The notes beneath the pieces are model-generated. The model did not search any database. It was not told where the DNA came from and saw only the letters and a list, made by a program, of their open reading frames with translations. A stretch of 63,247 nucleotides of DNA, filler included, from Choristocarpus tenellus KU-1152 (taxonomy: Eukaryota; Protista; Phaeophyceae), in the NCBI GenBank assembly GCA_964200185.2. It is 11 parts of 11 records of this genome, joined end to end, with 100 filler letters (N's around TTAATTAATTAA, not from the genome) between each part and the next. Parts side by side here need not be neighbours in the genome. Positions count along the whole stretch, not along the records: positions 39,692 to 44,048 come from CAXNAD020014940.1; positions 44,149 to 47,256 come from CAXNAD020022276.1; positions 47,357 to 53,100 come from CAXNAD020009864.1; 8 more parts are not named here. The stretch is one strand, 5' to 3'. The translations under genes were made by a program, and so were the position numbers. Of this stretch, positions 39,592-52,049 are shown one piece after another; the stretch's first letter is position 1; every line of letters begins with the position of its first letter.

Positions 39592-39691
39592 NNNNNNNNN
39601 NNNNNNNNNNNNNNNNNNNNNNNNNNNNNNNNNNNTTAATTAATTAANNNNNNNNNNNNNNNNNNNNNNNNNNNNNNNNNNNNNNNNNNNN

Positions 39692-41700
39692 CTGACACCC
39701 TAGAAACTGTTACCAAGGGCAACGCCCCCATAGCGTCATTTTAAGTTCGTTGGATTTGAGTTATACATCCTGTGGAGGTGAGTTCTGGGGCGCGCTGTAA
39801 CAGTACCAGTTCTACAAAGACAGATGTTTACTTTTGAGAGGCTGAAATACCACGAGGTGAAGAAGGGAAGAACTGTCAAAAGGCAAGGCACCAGAACTAT
39901 CACACCTTTATCTTTTGTAGATGTATTTTTCGAAGCACAAAGATACACCCGACCATTAATACACCACATATATAAGAAGCCAAATCCAAGCAGGATGAGC
40001 CTGAAGAAAGGGGAAGGCAGGCGCGATGCATGGGCAGACATGACGGGTGGACAGAGCTTCAAAGTCAAGGTGATGGAGCATGTAGGAAGAATCCAACAGC
40101 GTGAAAGAATTTTGGAAGCAGTTGATACAAGATATGTATGGAAACTACGGTTAGGAGTCACAGCTAGCTCCACGAGCAATGAGGAGAATCGAAATGTGAG
40201 CAGGGAACACTAACAACAGTCGACAGGAGTAAGAATAGCGTCCTGAAATGCGAAAAACTTCAACAGCCCTTGAAATAAACTCTTCATCTAGTCAGAAAAC
40301 ATGTGGCAGTCGACCCTCCACACAGAACACAATTAACTGGAACACAAAAAACTCAATTGGTTCATCAGCGTAGCTTGCAATTCGAACGATCAAGGAAAAA
40401 GGAAGTCCTTTTCCACTGCAAATCCTGCAAAACTCAGAATGCGATAATATCACATTTCCAAGAAGAAAGCATTGTGCAAAAGATTTGGATGGCCGTATTG
40501 AAGTATACAAAAGGGTATGTTGAGTCAATGTTTGCGCACTTGCTATCTTTAACTGCATGGATATACGCTCTTATGGATACACGTCTGATTTGGCAAAATT
40601 ATGGGAGGGACAAACGAAAGCAAGCACATCGTCTTTGAGGGCAATCTGCTATTAGATGTAGTCTCTCTGATAGATAAAATAACAACCAATGTAGAGCGCC
40701 TTTTAATGCCTCGTTCATCTTGTGCAATATAGGCTGGTATTGGAAGAGCTCTCTTTTGCATACATCTTACCATATTCTTTCCAAATATAATATCACCATC
40801 TCCTTTCACGGTGCATTCCTAGATTATGAAACCATTATCGTAAAATTGGATAAGAGAAGGGGTACTCTGTGCGTCAGCCATGGACATTGACCAACCTAAA
40901 TCTATCGAAAGGGACCAAATCGTGACACTACTAACATAATATGCCTCCACCGTCGAGTTTAGAATAATGCACTGGCAGACTAGATTTGAAGGACCTCTAC
41001 CTTGCAACCTCAACTGACTCAGACACATGCAACCATACACACTAGTATCAGTGTGAGAAAGGATGCGCTGTGTAGTACAACATAAGGGGGAATGAAAGAA
41101 TCGGTGAGCATATATTTCCGAAGATCACTCTCTACGGATTGTTTCCGTTCAGTATGCTTGGAGTGTCTTGACATTTCGTACTTTGAATTTCGGCTTCTCT
41201 TCTCCCTGTGCACCAATAATTCTGTCCTAACTATCTTAGAGCATAGAGCCGTGTCCACTTGGGGCCAAAATCCAATGTTGCGAATTTGATTAAATTTTGA
41301 CTACCGTGTTTGCGAAGAAGTGTCAACATCTTGTTTTGGACACGCCTTTTCATAATGCGCACATTTTACCTACCCCGAAACATTTTGGAGTGGGAAAATG
41401 TCATAAAAAAACCTTGGGAAGCCAAGCCCCAAACGGACAAACAAGGCAAAAATCCTACCCTCTAAGATATTTTCACTCATCCTCCACCTTGTAAGGGAGT
41501 CGAAACAATCACAGCCAACATGGCAGATGGGGGCGGTGTGACAATTCATTAGTCTTAGAATAAGCATAGTGCTGACTTTCGAAAACGTTACTACCAGACC
41601 TCTCTTGACACTTGGAAGGAAATGCTGTATTAATCGTGTAAAGGTGCCTAAGTTAGGTCCAACTTCCACACATGTTTTGTTCTAGTTGGGGTTAATCGAC
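39692..41700 (+). mobile_element. Heavily decayed coding relic, possibly KDZ/CxC-type transposase
   Basis: Fragmented protein-like frames: HCKSCKTQ..H, CLECLDISYFEFRLLFS-C and, across MITE 4, CKGVETITANMADG. Weak motif resemblance only. Confidence 0.22.
41223..41478 (-). mobile_element. MITE copy 4
   Basis: Same family; one TIR diverged; flanks ATTC/ATCC (3 of 4 match). Confidence 0.85.
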
Positions 41701-42335
41701 TGATCTATTTTCTGCACTCAAGTACACTTATATCCCTAATACAGTTGGACCAGACCGCACTTCACGTGTATGGCTATGTATCTACTGAAGGGAGAATATC
41801 ATGCCCACATATTGCCAACTTGTCGACTGAAAATGCACGAAGCACTCGACAAATCATGTGTGTAGAGTAACATAAAGGACATTCAAGAACCTGGGAAGTA
41901 GAACCAAAGACATGCTAGTGTCGACTTTCAGTAAAGTATCAAGTGGTAGAATATAACATATCTTAAGGGCACACAAGTACGCCAGATGAGATGGGTTGTG
42001 TATCCTCTACCTCTATGAATCAAATCTTGCAAGGCTATTGCACTACCTATTTGAGATATATTATCTTAGAGGGTTTGAAATCTTGGCCTTTCCTAATAAT
42101 GTTGACGTTGGTCAATGTGCAAGGCATAACGTCCCCTTATTCCACTGAGAATAGTTCATTCAGTATGAGAGAAGGCGCCATGGAAGAAGATGATTATATA
42201 TTGTTTGAGGATGATGTTAGATGAACGATGCTAACGAGTGCTGTGTGCCGATTTTTGTTTGATGTATCAGGGAGACTTAATCTAACGACAGGATACCCTC
42301 GAAGAATATATATTGATGCCTAATAGGCTTGAGAA

Positions 42336-42600
42336 GAATGAAAGTATCTTAGAGGGTAAGAGTTTTGCCCTTTTTGTCCAATTGTGGCTTGGCTTTCCAT
42401 AAGTTATTTTATGACATTTTTCTACTCCAAAATGTTTCGGAATAGGTAAAATGTAGTACGACTATAAAAAGGTGTATCCGGAACAAGGATATTGACACAT
42501 TTCCTAACAAAAATAAGAGAGCCAAAATTACCTGAAAATTGCAACATTGGATTTTGGCCCCCATATGGACGCGGCTCTACCCTCTAAGATACTTTGACTG
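42336..42600 (+). mobile_element. MITE copy 5, perfect 4-bp TSD AGAA
   Basis: AGAA|GAATGAAAGTATCTTAGAGGGTA ... TACCCTCTAAGATACTTTGACTG|AGAA. Confidence 0.9.
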
Positions 42601-43347
42601 AGAAAAAGGGTTGTTTTCATATCCACACATGCCCTAGAATCCATGATATGATATATCCCCCCTATTGTAGCAGCCATGTACTTCCGTAGCAACCGGCCAC
42701 CTTCTTGATTTTGCACAGCAAATTATTTTATTGCTAGAAAAACGTCTCTACTTCTGTACAGAACATATCAATCTCTTCTCATGTCGGTAGATATCGGACG
42801 GAATCTATGCAGATGGTGGGGCAATATATACAAATATGCATCGTGCGTGATAATACTATTCCAGAGCACATCTAAGGCACTTAGATTGTCCAAATATTCC
42901 GCCCTAAGGAAATTTCGTTTGGTCTCTGCCCTGATTGAATTCCTCTTTGTCTTGACTTTTCTCTATCTTCTCCAAACCTGTTTGTTACCTTTTGTACAAT
43001 CGCAACTTCTACAGGCCTGGGTCACAGTGATGTAGTATGTAATAATGACACTTCTCTGAGCAGCACGGCGCAAAATTGCCTTCCTTCTCTTACCTTGCTA
43101 AGGCTCAGGTCGCCCCTAACCCCCAACGGATGCAGCTGTGCACGAATGTCAGCCAGGGGAACTTTGGTTCTGCTTACAGGTATGATCTTGGTCAGGTCTA
43201 CACAGAAGATGGGAAGATGCAGAAGGGGGGATGAGGGATGAGTGCCGCGGAGGAGTGACTGTTCAAATAGTGGGAAAGTGTTACATATGAGGGCCCTGGG
43301 AGGGCGTCGCTGATCAGCTTGCCCGTGGCCACACGCTTGACCTAGGG

Positions 43348-43875
43348 GTAGCAGCACGTAGTGGGCGGCCTTCGGAGCTCACACTGACCAAGATGGCCGC
43401 AATACATAGTATCAACTCCGATAAATCGTTCGTCCACAGTGCGTCAGGTGACAATGAAGATGACCGCCAAGGAGCTGAATTACACCATGAGCACCATAAA
43501 CAGGTGCTGGATGATATAGGGACCATACCAAATCGCCGCTGGACCAAACCCAAAAGCTTAAATCGTGGCAAAAGGTATGGAGAATGGATCTGTACGCCTC
43601 CATGGTGAACACGACCCATGAGAATGAAACATGGTTTTACGTGATGACTGGTGGGGAAAGGGTTAGGGTATATCCGTATGAGGATGATAGCGACCTTCCA
43701 GGGTCCCCTTCTGTGCAACACGAGAGTCATATCCCCCAAACTATGACCATTGTAATCAACGCCCACACAGATTCGGCTCACAGCTTTGATGGAAAGCTTG
43801 GTGTTTGGCGTGTGTGTACGCCAAAAACGGTAGGCAGGACAAGCAAGAACCATTAATAGGGGGATGTGTATGAGC
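43348..43875 (+). mobile_element. Degenerate mariner transposase, central part
   Basis: RSGRPSELT (GRP linker), RRWTKPK, NETWFYVMTGGERVRVYP (DExWFY-like), VQHESHIPQTM, FDGKLGVWRV...RTSKNH; frameshifted. Ends where a G-tract TIR begins at 43879. Confidence 0.8.
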
Positions 43876-43878
43876 AGG

Positions 43879-44048
43879 GGCTCAAAGTATCTGGGGGGTG
43901 GTGGCGGCTGTCCATTTGGACCCAATTTATATTGCGATGTTTGGGTGATTTGTGGCTTGCATACGTCGGATGGATAATATAAGAGGCTCAAAGTATCTGG
44001 GAGGGGGTGGCGGCTGTCCATTTGGGGTCAATTTTTGTATGTCGCGAT
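43879..44048 (+). mobile_element. Two tandem TIR ends (GGCTCAAAGTATCT-Gn-GGCGGCTGTCCATTTGG) at 43879 and 43985
   Basis: Direct repeat of a ~50-bp end; a reverse-oriented copy lies at 50150-50207. Confidence 0.7.
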
Positions 44049-44469
44049 NNNNNNNNNNNNNNNNNNNNNNNNNNNNNNNNNNNNNNNNNNNNTTAATTAA
44101 TTAANNNNNNNNNNNNNNNNNNNNNNNNNNNNNNNNNNNNNNNNNNNNAAAAAAAAAAAAAAACATTCTTTTTTTCCTTTTTTCTTTAACAACACCGCCC
44201 CCCCTCCTCCCCCCCCCCCCCCCCTCCCCCCCCCCCCCCCCCCCCCCCGCCTCTCCCTTCTTACACTCTCAGAAATGAATCCATATGCCATTTTTGCCCC
44301 CTTCTCAAAACAAAAAACAAAATAATCTTTTTAAAATCCCGACACGGTGCCATCACTCAATGACCAAAAAAACTCGTCTTCCTCGACTCTTTGTAACCCT
44401 AACCCTAACCCTAACCTTATCCCTACCAAGGAACCAACACTCCCCCCCCACAAACAAACAAAGGTGAAA

Positions 44470-44769
44470 CACCACCATGACCCACCTTCCATCCCTTGCC
44501 ACGGCCATGCTATGTGAGGAGGTAGAGTTCGGCACCTTAACAGTCTTCCGGTGGACCACTGGTATCTCAACCAACTGTCTCTTCTGACGGGCCTGCAATA
44601 CAAAAATATTTATTTTTTTAAATTTTATTTCAGTCATTATCGTTATTATTTATCACCAATATTACAATAAAATAAAAATGGAAAAATTTCGAACCGAGCA
44701 CAGGGGAGGGGGGGAGGGGGGGGGGGGGGGAGGGAGAAAAAAAAAGAGAAAAAAAGAGAAAAAAAGGCG

Positions 44770-44809
<40 letters not shown>

Positions 44810-44835
44810 AAAAAGAGAGAGGGAGGGAGAAGGGG

Positions 44836-44871
<36 letters not shown>

Positions 44872-46203
44872 ATCGCGACAACAATCCTGTTCAAGAAAAA
44901 TATATACATAAAAAAATGAATCAAGAAAAAAAAGACAAATCACAATGGGCACTTTTAACACTTCAAGAAGCCCTAACCCTAGCTCTGCTGGATGAACCTC
45001 CGCAACACGTACCCCTCTTATCAACACCACACTCTCATACCACTCTCCTCATGACACCCCCACCTTGCTGTACAGGGTAGACAGCTTTCCTTCTGCCCAA
45101 TCACTCTCTGTATACCACTCATCCCACCGTGACGCAAATCTGTCAAAGTGGACGTGGACCCGGGCGCCCGTCCTCTTGGCCCCTCCAGCCTTATCCACAT
45201 TCCCACTGCCAATCTCAGACGTCGACTCCACGGAGGCGTTATCCACAATCTGATAATAATAAAAAGTTGATTGAGAGTAGAGTTGATAAATGTTAGAGAA
45301 TGCAAAATATGTTCATGGATTAATGCACGCACGCACGCACGCACGTAAGCAAGCACGCACGAACGCACGAGTGGATGGATGGATGGATGGATGGATGGAA
45401 AGGGAGTTACATACTTTGAGTGTGTATAGAGAACACATAGGGAGGATGGAAAATATCTACACCCAGTTTGTATAATATTTCATGTTTTGATGCTCTTCGT
45501 GTGATTGATGTATCATTAGTGAGCTCAGAATAGACACACAGACAGGTGTAGCACACACATAAAAACCATTACCACCATCACCACCACCATCACCACCACC
45601 ACTACCACCAAAACATGTTCTGAAGGCTGGAACCAAAATCAAACAATAATATAAAACACGGAGGAAAACAACATCATCTCACAGTAAAACACTTCTTGAC
45701 CCCCAACCCGTTCTTAGAAAAAAAAAAATGATCACAAGGAGAACAAAAAAACAAAAAAAATAACTTTCACCTTCACCGCATAACGGATCTACACCTCACC
45801 ACGCACATAGAAACATTAAAAACATTAAAAACATCATAGATTTTTTCTATTAAATTTACGGCAGAGATTTTTTTTTTTGTCTGCACAAATCTCACCCAAA
45901 CACATTTATAAAATAATAATGATAAAAAATAATAATAATAAAATAATGTCAGGGACAGGGTTGGTTGCCTTATTGGAATTTCCCGGCATTGACGAGAAGA
46001 TGTCTTGCGCAGATATCCAGTTGCAAGCATCACCTTTTGCCATTGAGGTCAGTCCAGGTGATGTGCGTGTCAGACGCACGACTGACTCGCAGTAACCCCA
46101 ACATGAACGGTAGATTCAAACCAGCAAAGCCCGAGATTGTGTTTTCTGTTCTGAATGGTCACGACCAATTACAGTGGAGATCGATCCACATGGCACTCTG
46201 AGG
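44470..46203 (-). CDS. Internal exons of a host gene with a Tudor/Agenet-like module (possibly a stramenopile USP deubiquitinase); low-quality contig
   Basis: Exon 45064-45249 (RVHVHFDRFASRWDEWY...KLSTLYSK) and exon ~44470-44592 (LVEIPVVHRK) have AG acceptors. A candidate upstream exon at ~45960-46203 contains stops. Confidence 0.42.
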
Positions 46204-47356
46204 CTGTCAACATACATCTCAGGATGTCTTAGCCTAATCTCTCACTTCCTTTCTTAACCTCATCTCTGGTGGTTCTCATCACCTCCATCACACAGTACCA
46301 AGCCCCTTAATAATAATAATAATTATTATTATCATAAAATTTGGTATGCAAGAAGATAGAGGGCATGAGAGTGTCACGACCCCCTTGTGTTTCTTGATAG
46401 TTAAAGCACGATCGTATCCATCTATTCAAAATTACAATTGACTAAAAATAATTGAGTAACAATTACAATTGAGATGAAGTCTCAAATCCTTGATAAACAG
46501 TAACCAGTACACCTCACCCACACATTATGATCTTCAACCTTACATTCCATCAAGCACTAACACTAGTACTATCAAGGAAAAATACAAATAATAATAAAAT
46601 AATAATAACAATAACACTAAGTACTACAACTAAAATAAATAAATAGATACCAAGTTATATTTATTCATTTCTTCAGCACAAACGACATATATTTCTACAC
46701 TTGATGAATTTGTTTACATGTAATTTGTTTACATAAATGAGTACTCAACAAAATAAAAAAATGACACTAAAAGAAAGGAAGATTTTCACCCTTCAGGATA
46801 AAACAAATAAAAGTCGGTAAGAAAATAAGAAACATAAAAAACCCCTCCTGTTTCATCAATATTCCGACACTACTACATCAATAGTACAAAGGGCAACATC
46901 TTCACAATACCCTTACCCCTAACCCTAACCCCAACCGACCCATCATTGCATACACACTACAAGTAACAAATGTATGATAATACCACAAAGCACGCACTAG
47001 TGGCATGGTATTTAACACACTTACGAACAGGGCAACTTACTAAATACACATAATAATACTATACTTACATACACATACATATATAATATTCATACATACA
47101 TACCACCTAATACTATTACACTTCAACTGCACAAATACTACCGTGCAGCACCCACTGCATGATTAAAACACTACTCACTTCTCCCCCCTGACAACCCCCC
47201 CCCCCCCCCAAACACCACACCAAAAAAAAATAAAAAAAAAAAAACAAACTACAATANNNNNNNNNNNNNNNNNNNNNNNNNNNNNNNNNNNNNNNNNNNN
47301 TTAATTAATTAANNNNNNNNNNNNNNNNNNNNNNNNNNNNNNNNNNNNNNNNNNNN

Positions 47357-47431
47357 GGGTTCCCCACGCGCGTATACTGCTCGCTCTGGTTAAAGCGCGG
47401 GAAGAAATACTCGCACTATTCGCCTGTAACA
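47357..47431. mobile_element. LTR terminus (same family as 11962-12665)
   Basis: GGTTCCCCAC...GAAGAAATACTCGCACTATTCGCCTGTAACA matches 12592-12665. Confidence 0.75.
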
Positions 47432-47729
47432 GATCAGCACGACCTCTTGCATCCATGCACAAGGATCACACTCCCTTCCATCTCTTCCCGTGTATACATG
47501 CCCCAGATCAAATATGCCTGACGATCTAGTCACAGCTTCTACAGGCACCCCAACTTGGCCAGCTACAAAGGTCAGGTGTTTCCTGTTGTGCACAGGGATG
47601 GAAATATCTCAACAGTGGACACCCCGGACAACTTGGATATTCCCACCAATTTCTCCGTCGCAATTAGGCTGGACGAGATGAAGGCTGAGGTGGGTTCCAA
47701 CCATTTTTCTTCTCCTTTTGTTTGATCAA

Positions 47730-48620
47730 GTCATTGCCTGTCATGTGCTAGGTCCTTCATCGTACACACATCTATCATGATATTATATGCAGTCTCAACT
47801 CCTAGAACAAGAACCCAGAACAAAATACACTGCCACTTTCCCTGATTGACTTCAAAGTCAAGATGTTTTTCATGCAGACCTTGTCCACTATACTGGCCAC
47901 CGTTCAACATCATATTTCAATGTATTTGGGAAGTTTACAGCTTCTCCAAGTAGCATTGATGTAACTCATTGAATGATACCTTGCAGGGAGTGCCTGACTT
48001 GTTGCCAAGCAAAGGAATCTGCATCACCGACAGTGCAAAGATACATGAGTCGTTGTCCCTGGGAAGGCCATCATACTTCTATGATAAAGCCTCTTGATTC
48101 CTGCAAACCAGCCAATAGACACCATTTTAGAACGCTTCTTTTGTGTTATGAGAAGAGAGATTTGACAGTAGTCAAAGTGCAAGAGGTGCTACTTGTTGTG
48201 TGCAACAGAGAAAATCTAGATGCAGTTTCCAAAGTATGAGATCAAAGTTATCGGTATGTACCTCGAGTGTGTCAAATACTCTCAGATCCGAATAAGGATG
48301 ATAATTGCACTTGATCTTCTGTCCATACAATTTCAACTAGAACTTTTCAGTTCCAGCAGAACGCCCCAATCTGTGTTATTGAGATGTAAATACAAATGCC
48401 AGGACTCGCCTCAAGATAGACGTAATACAGTTATCTTGTTTTGGGAAGAAGTGTTGCTGAATACTGCAGGGCTGTAACCAACACAGGAGTAGATGGGAAC
48501 CAAATGGTCAGCCACACCAAAGTGTTTGCAATAGAGATGGACATTGGTATGTAGTCAAGTACTCCAAATGGATGTTTGCTTACACATTCTTTTTCCAAGT
48601 AGCTTCTGCTGTACACCTAC
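47730..48620 (-). mobile_element. Degenerate Kolobok/'Mutator-like' DDE transposase relic
   Basis: GIKRLYHRS / (frameshift) RLMYLCTVGDADS...LEKL*..H resembles GxxxLFxRS...LRYxxxxGDGDS...KxECxxH. Confidence 0.45.
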
Positions 48621-48732
48621 AATCACAGTGACAGTTCCTGCTTGAAACAAACAAGTTCACTACACTGTACACACTTGTTATCTATCATGTAGCCATTTCA
48701 AATATACTCCAAGGCAGCCTGAGATGACAGAC

Positions 48733-48978
48733 CTGTGTAAGTATCTTAGAGGGTATAAGTTTTGCCCTGTTTGTCCATTTGGGGCTTGGCTTCCCATGGG
48801 TTCTTTTATGACAAAATGGTTCAGAGTAGGTAAAATGTGTATATTACGAAAAGGTGTGTCCGGAACAAGGATGTTGATACTTCCTAACAAACACAATAGC
48901 CAAAGTTACATCAAAATCGCAACATTGGATTTTGGTCTCCAAATGGACACGGCTCTACCCTCCAAGATACTTTGGCTC
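48733..48978 (+). mobile_element. MITE copy 6
   Basis: Same family; small internal deletion; TSD unclear. Confidence 0.87.
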
Positions 48979-50149
48979 AGGTATGGTCACATGATGACCA
49001 GACCAATAGCTTCAAGATGTGCTGAGTATTCATCCCCTCCACTCCTTTTCCCTCCACCAACCACCTTGGATACATTCACAACCTGCTTGAATATATCGTG
49101 TTGACCTGACCTTCCTTGAGCAGTTCAACGGACGCTGCTAGCAGGACCCAAATGCAGCTCATTATCGACCAGGTCAACAGCGTTGGATCCAAGGTGACTG
49201 GGAGTAGAGAGGGGGGGATTGTGACTGGGGCCGGGCCTGGGATTAGCGGGTGTGCAAAGTCAAAGGTGAAGGCTCAGAAATGAAAGTAGTCCCTGCATTG
49301 CCCCTGCCTCTCACGGTATATCCAATACCAAAGTCAATGCTGATTTGCATCCATGTTATTCAAATGTAGCATAATTTAGTGGTGAAATGCACTCGTGTCA
49401 TCTTGCACTGTTGCATGGCTGCTTACAGTTTCCAGATGCTGTCCAGAGGGAGAAAATGGCAGAACACAACAAGTACAACACAATCTGCCCAACGCGCTCT
49501 AGTGCAGTACGTATATTTGATGCTGTTCCACCGATTTTGTGTTGTGTACAAGGCAATATATCTGCTTTCAACTATTCAAACGCTAGAAAGAGTTGAAATC
49601 ATTCTCAGCTCTATATTATGCTCGTTGCCATACGCAAGAAAACATAATCCTAGGTCTATCCATGCCACAAGGCACAAAACAAATTCTGTTTTGCTTATTT
49701 TGTATGAAATTTTTAGTGATTTTGAACGCTTATATGATATAATGTGCGTGTTAACTATATCTTGAAATGGGTTCATTTTTTTTCTGTATTCCATCAATAA
49801 TTGCTCTGTTAATAATGTCAATACAGCCCTTTTCAAGGGACTTTAGATCATCACTCTACACTGCCGTCCAATGATTTGTTGGACTCAATATCAGCCTGCA
49901 GATGAACTGGAGTTTTTCCAGTTAGGCAGTGTTTGCCAGCAAGTAAAACAAATCCTGAATTCCAAGCTGTAAGACTACTCACACCGGGCAGTAGTCTTTC
50001 CTCTTGAAAGTGGACACACCAGCAGCAGCCAGAACAACAAAATTGTACAGTCCTAGCCCACAGAGGTTCGTGCATGGACTCTTTGCTCTGGAGCAATTCA
50101 CTGGACTTTGTGTTCTTACCATACCACACGGTATACTACTATAGTACTT

Positions 50150-50207
50150 GAGTTAAAATTGACCTCAAATGGACAGCCGCCACCCCCCCGCCCAGATACA
50201 TTAAGCC
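50150..50207 (-). mobile_element. Reverse-oriented G-tract TIR end
   Basis: Reverse complement GGCTTAATGTATCTGGG...GGTGGCGGCTGTCCATTTGAGGTCAATTTT matches 43985-44035. Confidence 0.65.
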
Positions 50208-50313
50208 AGTTCTAGCCTAAATATATCTACAGCATTTTGCACATGCGCATCTTATGCAGCATCTCCAGGTACAGGTGTTTATGGAAAGCAGTAAATCTGA
50301 ACTGTAACACGAG

Positions 50314-51067
50314 TGTTACAGGCGCCCCTCAAAGCTTACCTCCACAGGATGTATAGCTCCAATCTACGGGCCTGTAGATGACACTGATGTACGTATAGGA
50401 CTCCTGATGCACAAGTCGTCAGGTATGCTGGATCTCTCACTTGAATTAACATCAATATCATCATATAAAAGGAACTGATCCACGATGTCTTATCACACTA
50501 GGACCTCCATGTTACAGGCGACCCTCAATGCTCACNNNNNNNNNCGCTACGAGGGGAGTCCACAGATGATAACCACGTTCGGTGTCAGCTTGATGTTTAG
50601 CTCAGTCGATGTCTTGCTTTCGCTTTATCAAAAGAGGTTCAATCAAAAAAGGTCTGAGGGTGTGGTGGGCCTTCTCAGCCTTCTATTAGCATCATCCACC
50701 AGTTTTCTACAGCCAAAGAGTTAAATGAAGTCTGCAAACTGCTAAGTGGATACAATAATCATGAATCTTTACCCTGTAACTTCCAGAAATTGGCACCTAT
50801 TCTGTAGGATTAAGTTCGAATTCTAAGTCTTATTCTGCATCTCCTATCAAAATCACCATTTGTCTTGTAAGGCTACCTATGTATTACTGATATCGTATAT
50901 TGTTCGTATTTTTCAGAACTTAAGAAACAATCCTCACATTCTACGTCTGTTACAAATGTTCGTATTTCCTGAAACATAAAAGAGGATGCTTGCTCTATTC
51001 GCGTGTAACATACGTTTGCACTTCGTAGAAATACAAGAAGAAAAGCTCGCGCTATTCGCCTGTAACA
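50314..51067. mobile_element. LTR-derived cluster, probably one LTR nested in another (starts 50314 and 50510; ends 51010 and 51067)
   Basis: TGTTACAGGCG occurs twice and TATTCGCSTGTAACA twice; similar to 11962-12665. No clean TSD. Confidence 0.65.
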
Positions 51068-51338
51068 TGTGTAGGCGAACCTGCCCTCCTGCCCTAGGGC
51101 AGGTCCGGGCATGTCTGGTGCCTACATTCTGTTTCTTGCAACCAGTCACTGGGCACTTTTTCGATATGGCCTCCTCTCTCCCTAGGGATCTGCTGGCGGT
51201 TAGTTTGAACTCGGCCTAGGGGTCTGACATGCTGGCTCCAGGGGTTGTGTTGAGGCCCATGCATTTGCCCCTTGTCCAAATTGGCTCCGGTGGCGTGCCA
51301 GGGCTAACAAGGAACTTTCCTTCCCTTGCTCCACTTCC

Positions 51339-51990
51339 TCAGGTAAGGTGGCCAGTTGCGTCCGAAAAGAGTCGAATCGGATCCTGTTTAGGAGGAGGGT
51401 GATCTCGTGTTGTGCCCTCCTTCAAATCCTGGCATCTTGAGCTGCCAGAGTATGGACCTGTGGGGCCGATGTGGGGGATGTGGTTCCCCTCAAAGTTACC
51501 CAGCCTTTGCCAATAATTTCCGCTAGGTCTTCTGGGGGTACTCCTGTAGAGAGGAGGTTGTGGGTGGACGATCCCAGAGCCCGTACTGTGGGTCCCGCAC
51601 CGATGGCTTGTGAGAAGGACTCGCCATGAGGCCATTGCTGCATTGATAGGAGGGTGGGGAGAGTGGCCACTAGTGATCCTACAAAGGCTACATGTTGGCG
51701 GTGCTTCATAGAGGAGAGGCCCAACCCCCCCGCACTTGTTGTTGGGTCTCTAGGTGGAGAGACTCATTGTTACACCCCCCTTCAAAAAAGTCCGTCGCCC
51801 CTGTTGAGGGTGCTACCTTCATTATCTTCTCAAGTATCCATAATGAGGTGTTGTCTCCTTTTTCCATGGTGGAGCGTGCCAGGTGGGGAGGAGCGACCCT
51901 AGCAAAAAAGCTTAGGCTGGAGGAGAGGGACTAGGAGTTGAGGAGCAAGGCCATTTGTTTGTCCTCCATCTCGCTGAGGTGTATGGGCAA
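51339..51990 (-). mobile_element. Degenerate CRE-like non-LTR retrotransposon fragment (post-RT region)
   Basis: QMALLLNS*SLSSSLSFFARVAPP...QVRG/GLGLSSMKHRQHVAFVGSLVATLP matches the LLLR..R..PP / GGLGL...AFxGS pattern. Confidence 0.65.
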
Positions 51991-52049
51991 AGTTCGTGAC
52001 TCAGAGCTCTCGATTTCCTCAGCCGTGTGGGCCTGGATGAATCCATCTG

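Noticed and set aside
43314-44021. 235-aa minus-strand ORF
   Set aside because: Antisense shadow of the plus-strand mariner relic and TIR ends.
44630-45030. Poly-F/K/P/G ORFs
   Set aside because: Homopolymer and dinucleotide runs in a noisy contig.
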